Source of the DNA: Podarcis cretensis
Lineage: Eukaryota
Reading direction: 5' to 3'
NCBI GenBank assembly: GCA_951804945.1
Contig: OX638153.1
Location: 102,548,001 to 102,612,000, forward strand
DNA: 64,000 nt
Position 1 is the first letter of the stretch. Every line of letters begins with the position of its first letter. Made by a program: the position numbers and the translations under genes. The notes beneath the pieces were generated by a model, which did not search any database, had not been told where the DNA came from, and saw only the letters and a list, made by a program, of their open reading frames with translations. Below are positions 1 through 13,640 of the stretch, in pieces.

Positions 1-588
1 GACCCGTCTACCCCAGGGCTGGCTTCTTGAGGAAGAAGGCTGGCCGGTGTGTCACTGCTCCACAGCCACCCCCGGGATCTCGGGGAGTCCCTCACAGCCA
101 GTTTCAGGCAGAGCCAGAAGAACAGGATCCACTAATGAGGCCTGTGGGTGACGAGGGATCTTCAGATCAGGGACACGGGGGAGGGGCCTCCCCAGGGTGC
201 CAGCAGCACCAGTGGCCCCGGAGTCCCAGGCAGGGGTGCCAAGTATTGGGGGCAGAAGGTGCTTCAGGCCCCTCAGTATTGGTGTGCAGGGGGCTGAGGA
301 CCCCCTGCTGCCACCAGGTGAGTGCCCAGGAGACAGGTGAGGACTGGGACGAGTGGAGGGCCCTGTGCATCTCTGGGAAGATGGCCAGAACGCCCTCCTG
401 GAAGGTGCTCTGGCCATCTCTATCAGGAATGCGCAGAGTGAAGATGCTTCAGCCTGAGCATCATTTCCCAAAAGGTAAGGCGGCTGGGGGAGCCGGGCGA
501 GTTGGCATTGTGTGTGTGATGTCATGCACAGGCGATGGCCCCTCCCCCAATGTTGGGCACAACTTGGTGTTCCTGGGACAACAACCAT

Positions 589-940
589 TGAGGGAATTGG
601 GTCTGTTTAGCCTGGAACAGAGAAGACTGATAGGACTGTCTCAAGGAGGAGGGAGCAGGCTTGTTTTCTCCTGCTCCAGAGGGTAGGACTCGAACCCATG
701 GCTTCAAGTTCCAAGAAAGGAGATTCCGACTCAACATCAGGAAGAACTTTCTGACAATAAGAGCTGTGGAACGGACTTCCTCGGGAGGTGGTGGACTCTC
801 CTTCCCTGGAGCCTTTTAAGCAGAGGTTGGGTGGCCCTTTGTGTCATGTGTCATCTAGCTGAGACTCCTGCGTTGAGGGGGTTGGACTAGATGAGCTTCG
901 GGTTCCCTTCCAAGTCCCACCCCTACCGTTCTGTGATTCT
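589..940 (+). mobile_element. CR1 LINE 3' fragment
   Basis: LRELGLFSLEQRRL peptide; GGGTTGGACTAGATG...TTCTGTGATTCT CR1 3' end. Confidence 0.85.
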
Positions 941-1413
941 GGGAAGGACATGAGCAGGCTCTTCTCACCCCCCCCCCTCCTGCCACTGGGTCTCTCTGCT
1001 GCGCTGGGCTGCTGGGGGGGGGGGGACTCATCTCCCCACTGCACCTCATCCATTGGCTGTTCTCCCCGCATTGTGCAGCCTCCCCACAAACTCCATCCTT
1101 GCTGGGCTCCCTGCAGGTCCAGCCCCCTTTGGCAGCCTCTGCTCCAGCTTCTCTCAACTCTTCCAGAGGAGATTTCCTGAGCGTTTTTTTCCACAGCCAG
1201 ATGCCTTTTCCTGGCAGGAAGGGCTGCTTTGTGCTCAAAACAGGAAGACCCACTTAAACGCTTAGAGATTAAGCCATGGAGCAGGGCCCCCCTGCCAAAA
1301 AATCACAGGATGGAGCCCCCAGCCCCCTCCCAGCCTTCTTCACCATGTGGCTTTCTGTGTTTCAGAAGTATGAGCTGTCAGGACGCAGGGGGCAGGATCC
1401 AAGACCAGTTATT

Positions 1414-1651
1414 CATTTATTTATTTGCATTTATATCCATTCCCCCCCCCTTTCCAGGGCACTCAAGGTGGTGAACAGACTTTGCCCCCTCCACATTTAA
1501 TCTGCACAGCAACCCTGTGAGGTAGGTTAGGCTGAGAGGCAATGACTGTCCCCCCAAGGTCACACACCAGGTGAGCCTTGTGGCCAAGTGGGGATCTGAA
1601 CCTGAGTCTCCCAGCTCCTAGTCTTGCACTCTAACCACTATGCCACGCTGC
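1414..1651 (-). mobile_element. tRNA-derived squamate SINE (Squam3/MIR-like), degraded
   Basis: Minus strand reads GCGTGGCATAGTGGTTAGAG (A box)...GGTTCAGATCC (B box)...GTGACCTTGG...CTCTCAGCCTAACCTACCTCACAGGGTTG. Confidence 0.7.
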
Positions 1652-2074
1652 CTCCTATTGGAGCCTGCGCTTTAGGAATGTGCAATGTGCGTCACAGAAG
1701 CAACAACAACAACCCTCTGTGGGCGGCAGTCAGCCACATTTTGCTCAGAGTAGACCTACTGAAATGTATGGCCCTGGCTTAGTCATGCTAAGATTCAGAC
1801 AGGTAAGTGGAGAGGAGCGTCATAAGAAAGGAGAGAGCAAGAGGTGAGGCACACCTGTCTTGCAAGAAACTGAAACCTGTGACTGAAACCACTGGAGGCC
1901 CAAGGAGGACCGAGAATAAAAGGCTCTATATTACATCAAAAAATGTTACCTGCCCCAAATTTCTGGAGAGGCTTGTGCAAGAGTCGAATGTCAATTTCCT
2001 TTGTGTGTGTGTGTATTCAATAACCGACTGGCTGCTCCAGTCCTTGCTCTGCCCTATTTAAGCAGCCAAGGCTG

Positions 2075-2116
<42 letters not shown>
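2075..2116. repeat. (CTG/CAG)n trinucleotide repeat, ~14 units
   Basis: Directly visible. Confidence 0.95.
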
Positions 2117-2118
<2 letters not shown>

Positions 2119-2344
2119 CTCCTCGGAGGGCAGGCAGCCTGGTTACATAAGCCTGGCTGTTTTCGCTCCAGTTTCCCCGCTGTGATCCCTGCAGGAAGGC
2201 CAGGCGCTCATCTCTGGCTCCACAGGGAGCAGAGGAGAGGGAGGCAGAGGCCTGGGCCGAGCAGGGAGCAGGACACCAGCAGAGCGCCTGCGCCTGCGCC
2301 TGCCCAGGGGTCTGGGTCCTGGTGGGCTTGAAAAGCGACTCTCC

Positions 2345-2830
2345 AGGGAAGAAATGTGGGGCTTTACGTTGGGGGAAAGGTGACAGAGAGGAGCTTGTAA
2401 AAAGAGGTGCAGTGTGGAGAAAGCAGGAGGAGAAAAATATTTCTCCCTCTCTCGTAATACCAGAACTCGGGACCATCCAATGAAGCCGAATGTTGGGAAA
2501 TTCAGGACAGAGAAAAGAAAACGTTTCTTCACACGGCCTGCAGTTAAACTATGGAACTCCCTTCTCCTGGAAGGCTTGAAAAGAGGAGCAGAGAAATTCA
2601 TGGAGGAGGAGGAGGAGGAAGAGGAGGAGGAGGAGAGGGCTCTGGATGGCTCTGTTTGGCTCTTAGCCTGGATCACCCAGCTGGGGCAGCGAAGCTTCTG
2701 GAAACTATTTTCTGGAAACCCCATGAGGGGAGGGGGCTCTTGTGCTTGGAAGCTGCTTGCAAGTTTCTCCTCCTGGGCATCCGGTTGGCCACTGTGAGAA
2801 CAGGACGCTGGACCCCCTTGGGCTGACCCA
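2345..2830 (+). mobile_element. Old CR1 LINE 3' fragment with internal (GAG)n
   Basis: FSLSRNTRTRDHPMK...FRTEKRKRFFT...VKLWNSL, typical of the CR1 ORF2 C-terminus. Confidence 0.8.
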
Positions 2831-4399
2831 GCAAGCTCGCCCACTCTCCCTGTCTGTTCTGCAGCAGTGGGGCTGGGGGGGCCTGGCATGCTGCTACCCC
2901 GTTCCTCCAACTTGGGCTGTGGATACACCCAGGACCTCCTTGCCCCTCTGGACTGCAGAGCCCTGTGGGCCAGGAGCCTGGATTTCCAGCACCCAGTCCT
3001 GCCCCATAGGACTATAGCCCTTGCGACCCCAGGAAAGGGCCACAGACCTTGCCATGGTCCAGGAGGAGGGGGCTTTGCTCCTTGCCTTCTCAACCCTTGG
3101 CCAGAGCCTCACCAGGATCAAAAACTGGGTGCTGGATACCTGAGAACAGGAATGGCCCAAAGCCCACCAAGGACAAGCTGTGTGGGGAGGGGGAGGTTGT
3201 TTCCCCAGGGCTGAATGCACCCCTTTCCCTCGCCCCACCTGATCCTGGCTCTGGGACCTCTCCAAAGGAACTCCAAGTTTAATCTCTTCCTCCCTATGAC
3301 AGTTTCACAATAAAGAGAACGCAGAGAGTCCTGATCTGAAAGCACAACAAAGGATGTCTGGTTCTGGCCAAGGACTTTGCTGACTCAGAGTGGGAGATAG
3401 ATGGTCAACAAGGAAGTGGCAGGTGGCTGCTCTGCCGTTGATTTGGGACGTATTGTTCTCTCAAACACTCTGCCTCCTGGACCCGGGTGTGAGTCGCCCA
3501 GGTGGATGCTGTCCAGGCACCCGGTCATCAGGTGAGCGCATGAGATCCCCTCTCAAGCCAAGGCCAGCCGCTTCTAGGCAAGGCAAGTAGCATCAGCTCC
3601 TGGGCTGTGCAAGAAGAGCTCCTCCAGGGAACAGGGGCTGTTAAGGCAGAGGTGGAAGAGCCCAGCAAGGGAAGGAAGGAAGGAGGCGGAAGACACAAAA
3701 TAGTTTGAGCTGGAGAAAAAGTGTGACCCCTTGGGCTTGTTGCAGTGGGAGGGGGTGGAATGAAGGAAATGACCCCTCCCCTATTTAGCACAGACAGCAA
3801 GGGGAATGATGTGTGGGTGGCCAGTATAAGTCCCACACTAAGCACTGCTGTTGCATCAGGGATGCTTCATGTTCCAAGTTGGCCCCCTGGGGAGGCTGCT
3901 GCCTTCGGGTCTCTGCCTTGGGCCGTCCCGCCTTCTCCTTGTAACTCCTTCCGCCCCCCCGCCCCCCCGCTGGGCTCTGGGCCTTGCTGAATGGCGCCCA
4001 GGAGGCCACCAGGCCTGTTTGTCATGATCCTTTGTGGTCTGGAAGCCCTGGGGATGCCTGAACCCCCCAATGGCAACCACCAGGGAGCCTCATCACAGCA
4101 GATGTTGGGATGATGAATAAAGCAAGCAGAAAGCCAGTCTGCCTGGCCATTCCAGAGAGGCTGGAACAAAAAACACCCCCAGGAAACTCTGCATTCCTTT
4201 GCTCCTCTTGACACGAGCCCTTTCAGGGATGCCAACCTGGAAATGCAGGCAGCTGGCAAGCCTGTCAGTCACAGAGGACACTGCCTTGCGCTGGCCGTGC
4301 AAGAGGTCCCAGGTTCAGTCCCTGGTGAGCCTCCCTGGCAAAGGCAGCTGCATACAATCCCAACACGAAACTGTGCAACTGGGTGCACTGAAAGAGAAC

Positions 4400-4525
4400 T
4401 CCAGGGGTTTTAAAGCAAAGGGTGGCTGGCTCTCTGCCAGGGATGCTTTAGCTGCGATTCCTGCATTGCAGGGGCTTGGATGATGGCCCTGGGACCTTTT
4501 CCAGTGCTACAGTTCTGTGATTCTA
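4400..4525 (+). mobile_element. CR1 3' tail
   Basis: CCTGCATTGCAGGGG...TTCTGTGATTCTATG. Confidence 0.65.
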
Positions 4526-4859
4526 TGGCAATGAAAGGAGGAAGCACACCCATCTCTCTTCACAGCAGGGGTCTCTGCTAAGGCCCACTGCCTTCGCCCA
4601 CACCACCGGGAATTGGCCCAGCCTGCGTCAGAGAAGCTGCCTGCCATTCCATCCTCCTGACTCCCAGAGTGGCAGGCGCCAGGCAGATGTGGCAGGATCT
4701 GTCACAGACATCAGCCCTGAACACAGAGCTTCTCTGGCTGGGAGATGTGGTGCAGAACAGCCGGGCGGCAGCAGGTGGATGACAGCTAATCCACATCCTG
4801 CAGGCCCTGCTGGCTCCTTGTTTGGGTGCACCCCTTGGATCCTCCCATACTTGGAGTAA

Positions 4860-5105
4860 GAACACAAGCAGAGCCTGCAGGATCAGGCCCATGGCCCATC
4901 CCAAGGGAAACCCACAAGTGGGATTGAGCACAAAGCACTCATCCTGTGGTTTCCAGCCACAGACATTCAGAACAGGCAGAGCCATCCTGGCTCTCTGCTC
5001 CTCTATGGATTTAGCCAATCTTCTTTTAAAGCCATCCGAGTTGGTGGTCATCACTGCCTCCAGTGGGAGGGAGTTCCACAGTTCCATGGAGTTCTCTGCA
5101 CTGTG
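4860..5105 (-). mobile_element. Old CR1 3' fragment
   Basis: Minus-strand ELWNSLPLEAVMTTNSDGFKRRLAK. Confidence 0.7.
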
Positions 5106-6189
5106 GAATGGATTCCCTGGCACAGGACTGAGAAGGGCAACAGCCAGACTCCTCGCCCATGGAGGTCCTTTCACGGAAGACTTCTGCATCCTTTCTGAGC
5201 TCCCTGAGAAGCCACCGGCTGCTGTAAACATGACCCAGGAGCATAGGAGTTGGGGGGGGGGGAGATCTCCAGCGGAAAGGACTTGTAAACAGAGGCCAGC
5301 CTGCCTGGTAAGACCTTTCAAATGTCTGCTTGTCAGGTTTATTTGTACAATGAAATATCGCTTCATTGTAATGCCAATGGAAGGATCCCAGAGGAGGAAG
5401 ATCAAAGGCATTTGTATCTAAACAGCTTTTGCTCTTCCTGTTGGGCAAACAGACTGAGGGGGGGGGGCTTTTCCTGGAGCATCTCCCACCTGCACCTGCC
5501 ATTCCTGGGGGGCCTTGGTTCTGATCCCTGTCGAGGTCTTTTGTCTCCCAAGTGGTCCTGGTGGATCACGGCTTCCTCCCCTGTTGTGCTACTGCAAGGA
5601 GGGCGCTGTGATGCTACACCCCATCAGTCCAGGGCGATGCTGTCTCCCTCCTTCCCCAACCTCTCAAAAGGCTTCCACGCCCCTTGGATAGACAGGAACG
5701 AGCTCCTTGCACCCGCTGAGCAGGGCAGGCCAAAAAGCCTCGGCCACAACCTCGGCTTCCCTCAGCGGAACCATCAGCTGCAAAGGAAGCTGTCTTATCC
5801 TGAGCCAGACCAGTGTTGCCCACACTGGCTGGCAGCAGTGGCTCTCCAGGATTTCTGGAAGGGGGTCCCTTCGTCCTGAAAAACAGGCTCTCTGCCCCAC
5901 TCAGCTGCTTTGGCCTTCACAGAGAGGAACTGAACGCCTTAAAGTCCATTTCCTGCATCTCTGCCAATACCTGAACCCCCACCCTGGGCACCTGTCCCTG
6001 CTCAGCCTTTCAGGGTCTTTGCAGCCTGAGCCTTTGGGTCGCCCTGAGGCCGTATCACCCAGGAAGGGAGCCTGAGAGCAAAACAGCCACCAGTGACCCA
6101 AACATATTTTGAAGAGCAAAAAAGAGGACAGATTTGCTGACTTCCACTGTTAGCTACAGATCGCTATAACGACTCATTTTAAATACCCC

Positions 6190-6195
<6 letters not shown>

Positions 6196-6238
<43 letters not shown>

Positions 6239-7310
6239 TAATATTTATTAAAAATTTTCCAGAATAAAAAGGAAAGATAGCAAGAAAGAAAGAAAAAACA
6301 AATATGATTTACACTTGGTTTCAGTGGCATCTTTCCCGGACTTCCCCCCCCTCCCCCTCTTGTATTCCATTTCCCTTAAATTGATTCCACAGATTCTTAC
6401 CCCAAATTTTAAAACCTTATTTGTAATTTTAAATAACCCATTTATTCCAAATTAATTTATCTTATTTATCTTAATGAACCATTTCTCCTTATATTTTATA
6501 TAATTCCCTAAGATCGACCCCATTTCCCTTCCACGAATTCCCCTATTTTCAAACAACAAACATGAAAAAAGAAAAGAAAGAAATAATATATAATTTTACA
6601 GCCTTTGGATTCCAAATCTCCCCCCCCCCCATTCCCCGGTTCCAATCCCCAAAGTTCATCCATTGTCTACTGCCAGCCTGGTGTATCCACGTCTATATCT
6701 CAACTCCACTTTGCCGTCTTTTGATAGCTTTTAATTTCAGAAAGTCCAATCTCGAAAAAACTCTCAGAAAAAGTCATTGTTCTTCCATCCAGACCTCTAT
6801 GTTTAAGAGTCTAACTTAAATTCTATTTCTTGGTCCTTTTAAAGTCTGGATGTTCCAAATACTCCGGCTTCAAATTTGGTCCAGCTCTTATTCCTCAGGT
6901 TGCTTTTTCCTGTTCTGCTGCAGAAACCTTCTAATTCAGAAACTTCTTGTTCTCCACAGAGGCTTTTGTTATTCAGGAACATAACTTGCGTCAAGTCCCT
7001 TCCTTTCTTCAATAGATAAATCCATTGTCTCCTTTAGTATAGAAACCTCTGTAGACAAAATAATGCTTCGTTTTTGCAGCTTTCCCAAGAGATAACAGAT
7101 CCTGCTCAAATTCATAGTATTTTTCACTTGCTGCTACTGTTGCAATGTCCCAGCCTCCCTCTAGAGGGAATATGGTAACTTAATTTCTTTCAAAATCAGA
7201 CCCAAAAGTCAAATAACTTGTTGCCTTTATTTCCAATAATTTATGTCCAAATTGTAACAAATCTAACCAGCAAAGCCATCGTAACAAAGTTCTCTTTTAT
7301 TTTCCTGCTT
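6196..7310 (-). mobile_element. AT-rich non-LTR (L1-related?) element with a (TA)n end, apparently nested in a hAT-like DNA transposon remnant (~6093-7834)
   Basis: Abrupt AT-rich block starting with (TA)n. Flanks carry CATATTTTGAAGAGCAAAAAAGAGGACA and GAGGAAATATGGCAACCCTA, hAT-MITE-like end motifs. Confidence 0.45.
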
Positions 7311-7834
7311 TGACAGCTACTTATATATAGGCTATAGCTGTGATATATTGCTAGTAGCAATGTTCTTAACTTTCAACAACAAAATAATAATAATAATAAT
7401 ACCTATTGCTCCCTCACTTGCCACATGAAAGCATTTGGGCTCATGTTCACATCTTTGTGAACATCAATGTGCACAGAACAATTTATTAAACTGTTTAACC
7501 TGTACATATGGACTCTCCTTAAGGGCAGAGGGATGTTAACTCTTGCCCTCCCAGACTCCTTCTCCAAGATCTTGTAGCTGAGCCAGCATCCTTTTAGTTT
7601 AGCCACAGAGAAGGCGTTTATACAGGATGCAGCTAGTTTAAGATGCTGCTCTGTTGTGATTCTCTGCTGCAGACTAGCTTAGCCGGGTGCCATAGATCTG
7701 AGTCTAATGCACTAGAAAAAAAATATTGAGTTATTGTAAACAAAAACAAACAAACAAAACTCAGGCATTTTGTCAAATTTTAAAAATCCTGAAAAAGGTG
7801 TGTCCTCAAAAAAAGAGGAAATATGGCAACCCTA

Positions 7835-8506
7835 TGTAATAAATGAAAATCTGCCCTTATTCCCTTATGGGGGACACAAGAGCCCTTTTAGAGTCCTTTG
7901 TAGGTTCTCCATTGGTTGGAAGAAAAAAACAGAGGCCAGCCAGAGATTATTGAGAAGCAAAGCAGCTAGGAAGCCTGATCTTTATTGAACTGTTGCAACA
8001 GGGTGCCCCTTCACACACAGGAGAAGGAGGAAGATCCAGAAGCAAGGTGTGCCCGCCCTTATATAGATATTTTAAATTGCCCACCTTGGAGTCAAAGACC
8101 ACCCCCAGATACATCATACCTACATCACGGAAAGGGCGGGCTAAAGCAGAAATCTGAGTAGGTTGATTACCTCCTGTCTGACAAGTTACCTGTTAATGCT
8201 TACTGGATTGATACCCCGGGGAGCCTGGCCAGTCTTTTGTAATGATAAATAGTTCCTGAACCAGATCACAGGCTCATCCTATTCATACGCAGACATACCC
8301 TTAAGACAGCATTTGTGAAAGAAAAGACAATGGGGAGGCTTTTCCATTGACCTTGCAGAAAAAACACCTGGTCAGTTTGGGAGTCAAAATGGCTCCATGG
8401 CTTCTCTCCTGTGGAGCTTCAGACATGTGGCCTATATATCTATGTGCGTGTTTGCCTGGTACATTTATGAACCTTTATTATATACATAAGACCTTTATTT
8501 ATTTCA
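7835..8506 (-). mobile_element. Solo LTR (ERV/LTR retrotransposon), 672 bp
   Basis: TG...CA termini with an imperfect inverted repeat (TGTAATAAAT / ATTTATTTCA). Direct repeat AACCCTA at 7828-7834 and 8507-8513. Minus-strand TATATAA (8059-8065) precedes AATAAA (7981-7986). Confidence 0.8.
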
Positions 8507-9879
8507 AACCCTACAAAACGGGCACCTCTCAGCTTGCATCCACTTCACTGGACCGGGAAAACTCCTCCCACCAGATATCTGTGTTGCAGCCACTGTGGTC
8601 AGTTTCCCCCCAGGACAAGGAGCAGCAGCTATGGAAGGGGGAAACTGGGGTGGAAGCTGGCATGTGAGGAAGGCTGCCAGCCACTGCTCTTAATACTTTT
8701 CAAAACACAGAGTCCCACGCCTCCCTGGAGAGCTGCTGCCAGTCAGTGCAGGCAAGAGTGCAGGCAGTGGAGAGACGGTCTGACTCAGGTGCCCAGTTGC
8801 CCCCTGGCTCCCTCTGCTTCAGAGACCAGGCCCTCCTTCTTTGGCTCCGGGGCATTTTGGGCGCCTGGAAATGAGAGCTGCCTTTTGCTTGCTGCTGCTG
8901 ACACATTTATCTCTGGACTTCCCAGTCTCCAGACTCTGCTGGAGTTCTCACGCCATTAATCCTCGCCTTTTGCCCAACTTCCTCTTGTGCAATCGCAAAG
9001 CAAAGGAGGCCTCTGGAACACAAAGACACACAGACAGGCTCCGTGGCTGTAGATAAACGGAGCCACTCCAAACAATCACTAAAAGTCTCACAACTGGGCT
9101 TGTGCGTGCAAAGGCACATCAGAGCCCAGCAGCAGACTCTCCCCCTGGCCCCCCCCCCCCGGACCTCTGAGGGTGGAGGGGTTGCCAGGAGGTCCCCCTG
9201 CCCGTCTTGCTCCCAAGGGGGCCTGTAGGGAAGGAGGCAGCCGTGGGGTATTTGGGGCCTGAGTCATTCTGGGGCAGGGGCTGTGCATGGACCTCAGTTT
9301 CTGATGCTCTTACGCAACTGCATTTGGCTTCATTGTCCATTACCTTCTTAAAGCTGTGTGGCAGTTAGTATTTGTCACTTATTATCAATTAAGAGTCTGT
9401 AATGCTGCAGAAAAACAAAGTCCCTCTGGATTCTTCCTGGTCCAGAGAGAAGCCTTCTTCTGAAAGCTTCCTGGTGGGGCTGATAATGAGTCGCCTCTCC
9501 CCCCCCCCCAGCAAAAAACCTGGCTTCAAAAATTAGCAGGATACCTGCTGGTTCTTGTCCTCTAAAAATTGAATTTCGATCTGGGTTTCTCCAGCCCAGG
9601 CAGGGGGCCAAACACAACGAGGTCAGGAAGCACCAATGAATTAATTTCTCTGCGTGGCAGAGGTGCGACTGGGCATGGGGGGCAGGAGGGGCAGTTTGCA
9701 CCCATGCCCAGGACAGCGGAGGGTGGGTGTGCTTGGAGCACTGCCTGTCTGGCTGCTGTGAACTCATCCGAGCACTTCAGGAGATTTTAAGTCCTGGAAA
9801 GGGGACCCTCGCTGAGCAGCATGTCAATATTATTGGTAGCAGCTCCCCGTTCCCAATTACACTTTATATTTGGAAATGA

Positions 9880-10419
<540 letters not shown>

Positions 10420-13400
10420 TAGACCAGCATCCTGCGCCCCCATTGCCAATGCAAGAGGGCAGCCTCCCCAGCCTTCATCCCATCAGCCAGCCGACAGGAA
10501 AGGCCTGGTCGAAAGCAGCCGGAGGAAGCAGCAAAGCCGCAGCCAGCCCCAACGGCCTGGCAGTGAGGCATTGCAAAATAAAAGTGTCACATGAAGGCTG
10601 AGAAAGCGCTTGGGGAGGCGGCAGAGGGAGAGTCAGAGTCAGAACATATTCTCCATGATGGCTTTGACTTCATTGCATCAGCAGCTCCGTCTCTCTCCTG
10701 CCCATTCTTCTCTCTGGCTGCACCTCTGACACCCACAGATCCATCTTGCACAGCAGAGCGTGCGTGCGTGTGTGTCGCCAGTGAGCACAACCAGGGAACT
10801 CTGCACACACTGCTGCCTCCTGGCGCACATCACTAAAGCAAGGGGGGGATGTGAAATGTCTGGGGGGGGGGGCAGGATGAAGCATGGGCAGGCCAGCCAT
10901 TCAGCCCCTGCTGGGAGCATAAGGGGAGGGGCTGCTGCACACCATCATGCCTTAGCCAGGAAACTCCCTATGGCTGGCCAGCCTTCCCTTCTGAAGGGGC
11001 CCAGGAGCTACGGATACGGCACCTTGGCAGCCAGAGGAACAAGCCCCCCCCCCGCACCTGAGCACACTCCTCCTGCAGCCCCCCTCTCTCCCGTTGCTGC
11101 CCCCCCCCATGTCTGATGCAGTTGCTGCTAGTGGGGGGGGGCTCAGCATCCTGGGGAAGTGGCTGAGGAGGGGGAGGCCCTTCCTGCTTGGGACAGTCAG
11201 AGAGCGTCAGGGCACCAAGGTGCAGACCTTTGCTCTGTTCCCGTCACTCTCTGGCAAAGGAACCTTTTGGTATGTAGCTCCAGCAGGACTAAGACCTCGT
11301 CGCTCTCTGGACTTTCTCTCTGTTTGCAGGAAGCCCCACAGTTCATAGAACCGCAGAGCTGGAAGAGACCCCAAGGGTCACCCCCCCTGCGCGCAAGGAC
11401 CAGACCCTCTAGGTGCAGGATCTGGCCCAGCCTGGTGCTAAAGGAAAACCACCAGGACAGACTCCTCTGTGGGCAGCCAGATGCTGAGGGAGGCCAAAGG
11501 AAGGCCAGGTGGCCCCTTTCCCCATCTGAGGAAGCGCCTGTTCTGCCTGACATGGGCTGGCGACAGAGGCTGCTCCCTGCCTGCTCCTGCCTCCTTCAGC
11601 CTGCCCTGCCCTGCTCTGGCTCCGGCTCTCCCTCTGGGGCCAGGCTATATTTAGCCCACTGCTTGGGCGGCTGCGCTGGTGCTGAGGAAGAGCGGGGAGG
11701 CCTCCTTGTCACGCGCCTGGCCTGGCTCTATGCACACAGGGCGCATGGCTGGTGGTGCTTCCCCTTCACCCACGCTGCCCACAAGGGCTCTCCTGGCTCA
11801 CTCCAGGCTTGCAAGAGCTTTCCCCCACCCCCAATTCCATCTCTCTGCTCAGCTAGGAGGCCTTTCCAGTGTTAAAACCGGGGGGGGGGGAGTTAAACGA
11901 CTCCCCAAAAAACCCAGGTCCCCACCACAGCCTCAAACTAAGACGATGACCATTGACACAGGCACCATAGATACGCAACAGCAAAGAGGCTCAGAAAAGC
12001 TGTCTATAAGTCTGTAGCAATAAGCAGGTACCAGTATCAAACTGTTTCCTCAGACTATCCAATATGGAGAACCGTAGAAACTTCACAAATAATCTCCAGA
12101 ATTCAACGGTTTGACGGATTTCCTTGATTCCTTGGGAAGAGGGGAAGCCAGGTCTCCCCTGACTCCATAATCTCTTAAGCGTAAGGTCACATTCTCCTTC
12201 CCCTCCACAAGGCGGGAACTTAGCCACACAATAGGAGGCAGGAGGCAGTCAAGGGCAGTGCAAACCCATCGGGATGGTGGATTAAATCCTGATGCTTTCA
12301 GAGGAGAAGTGCAGGGGATGTGTACCGTAAATACTGCCATTGTTCTTTGGGGAAGAGGGTAGTTAAAAGGCCCCGGGAACTGGGGTGATTGACAGGGGTG
12401 TGTGACAGTTTCATGTTTCTTCATGCCAAACTCTCCTCTTCTGTGACATATCTGTGATGTATTGATGATGCTGTTGGAAATGTACTATGGGGAAAGGGGA
12501 GGAAGTCTTAAAAATTCAGGCCACCCCATTCTTGGGGTTCCTGCTCTTCTTGTGTTTGAACCTTGGTCAGGTCTACTGACTGCTGTTTTGCTTCTCTAAC
12601 TTGGCTGACTGGAGGGACCCACGGGGAGTAGTGCCCCAAGGAGCTGGGCAGTGGAGTAAATTGACACCCCAGGATTCCCCCCATCAGCTGTCTCACCCCC
12701 CGCCAGAAGGAGGCAGGGGGTCTGGGCTCTGCATGGGCCAGAGAGCATGTCGTCCCCCCAGTCTGAGGAAGGGGGCTGTGGACTCAGACTCCTGGTGCCA
12801 AGACAGCCATTTCTGCACTTTCCACAGAAGCAGAAGCAGCCCTGGAAGAGCAGAGCCTCTTCTCTCCAAAGAGGAAACCCGGCTGGCTCCGTCCTTTCCT
12901 GCTGCAGCAGAAACACCCCCTTTCCCTGCAAGGAAAAACTCGTCCTCACTGCCCCCCTCACTGCCTGGCACACACTTCACCCTCTCTGACTGAACCTTGA
13001 TGGAACCGCAGAGAAGGAAGGCTTTTGTGCTGTGATTCTCCACTGAAGACCCTGAGAAGCAGCCCAAGTCTCTGGCATGTTGCTCCATCTGGAGGAGAGA
13101 GAGGAGACCGCCAGTGGGGCACCCCACAGCGGGGTTTTGTTCTTGGCCAACTAACAGAAGCCCCCCGTGGTCTCAGGGCCCCTGGACACACCTTTGCTGG
13201 CCTGATGCACAGTTTTTCTCACGCCAGCCCATGAGAAAAGGGAAGTTGGGCCAATCAGACAAATATTAATGGCCTCATTAAAAGGTCATGGAGGAGAACA
13301 AGCACAGCAGGGGGCTGGTGTAAATGTGTCACTGTCCAAAGACAAATGGGCAGGTTTAGGACCAGAAGTCCCACCTGCCCCCTCCCTCTGCCCCTCTGCT

Positions 13401-13494
13401 GCTCCAGGCCTCTTCTCCCTGCCTGGCTGCCATTTTCTGCGGGCGTCATAGGCGAGCTCTTGCAGGGTTGGAAGGGACTGAGGGTCGTAAGGAC

Positions 13495-13640
13495 CTAGAA
13501 AGAGCCCTCTGGATCTGGCCAGAGGGGACCCATCCAGCCCAGCATCCTCTCCTCACAGTGGCCAACTGGGTGCCTGTGGGGAACCTGAAAGCAGAGCGTG
13601 GTGAGCACAGAGCAGCCCTCTCCCCTCCTGCGGTTTCTGG
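13495..13640 (-). mobile_element. Old CR1-type 3' UTR fragment
   Basis: Same GGCCACTGTGAG...AGGATGCTGG motif as in the CR1 tails at ~2790 and ~34390. Confidence 0.55.

Noticed and set aside
27-5879. ORFs of 180-316 aa at the window start
   Set aside because: They are composed of CR1 fragments, triplet repeats and GC-rich filler, and several start at non-ATG codons.
11870-12480. Possible second LTR-like element
   Set aside because: The composition shift and TG/CA candidates are visible, but I found no matching TSD or terminal inverted repeat.
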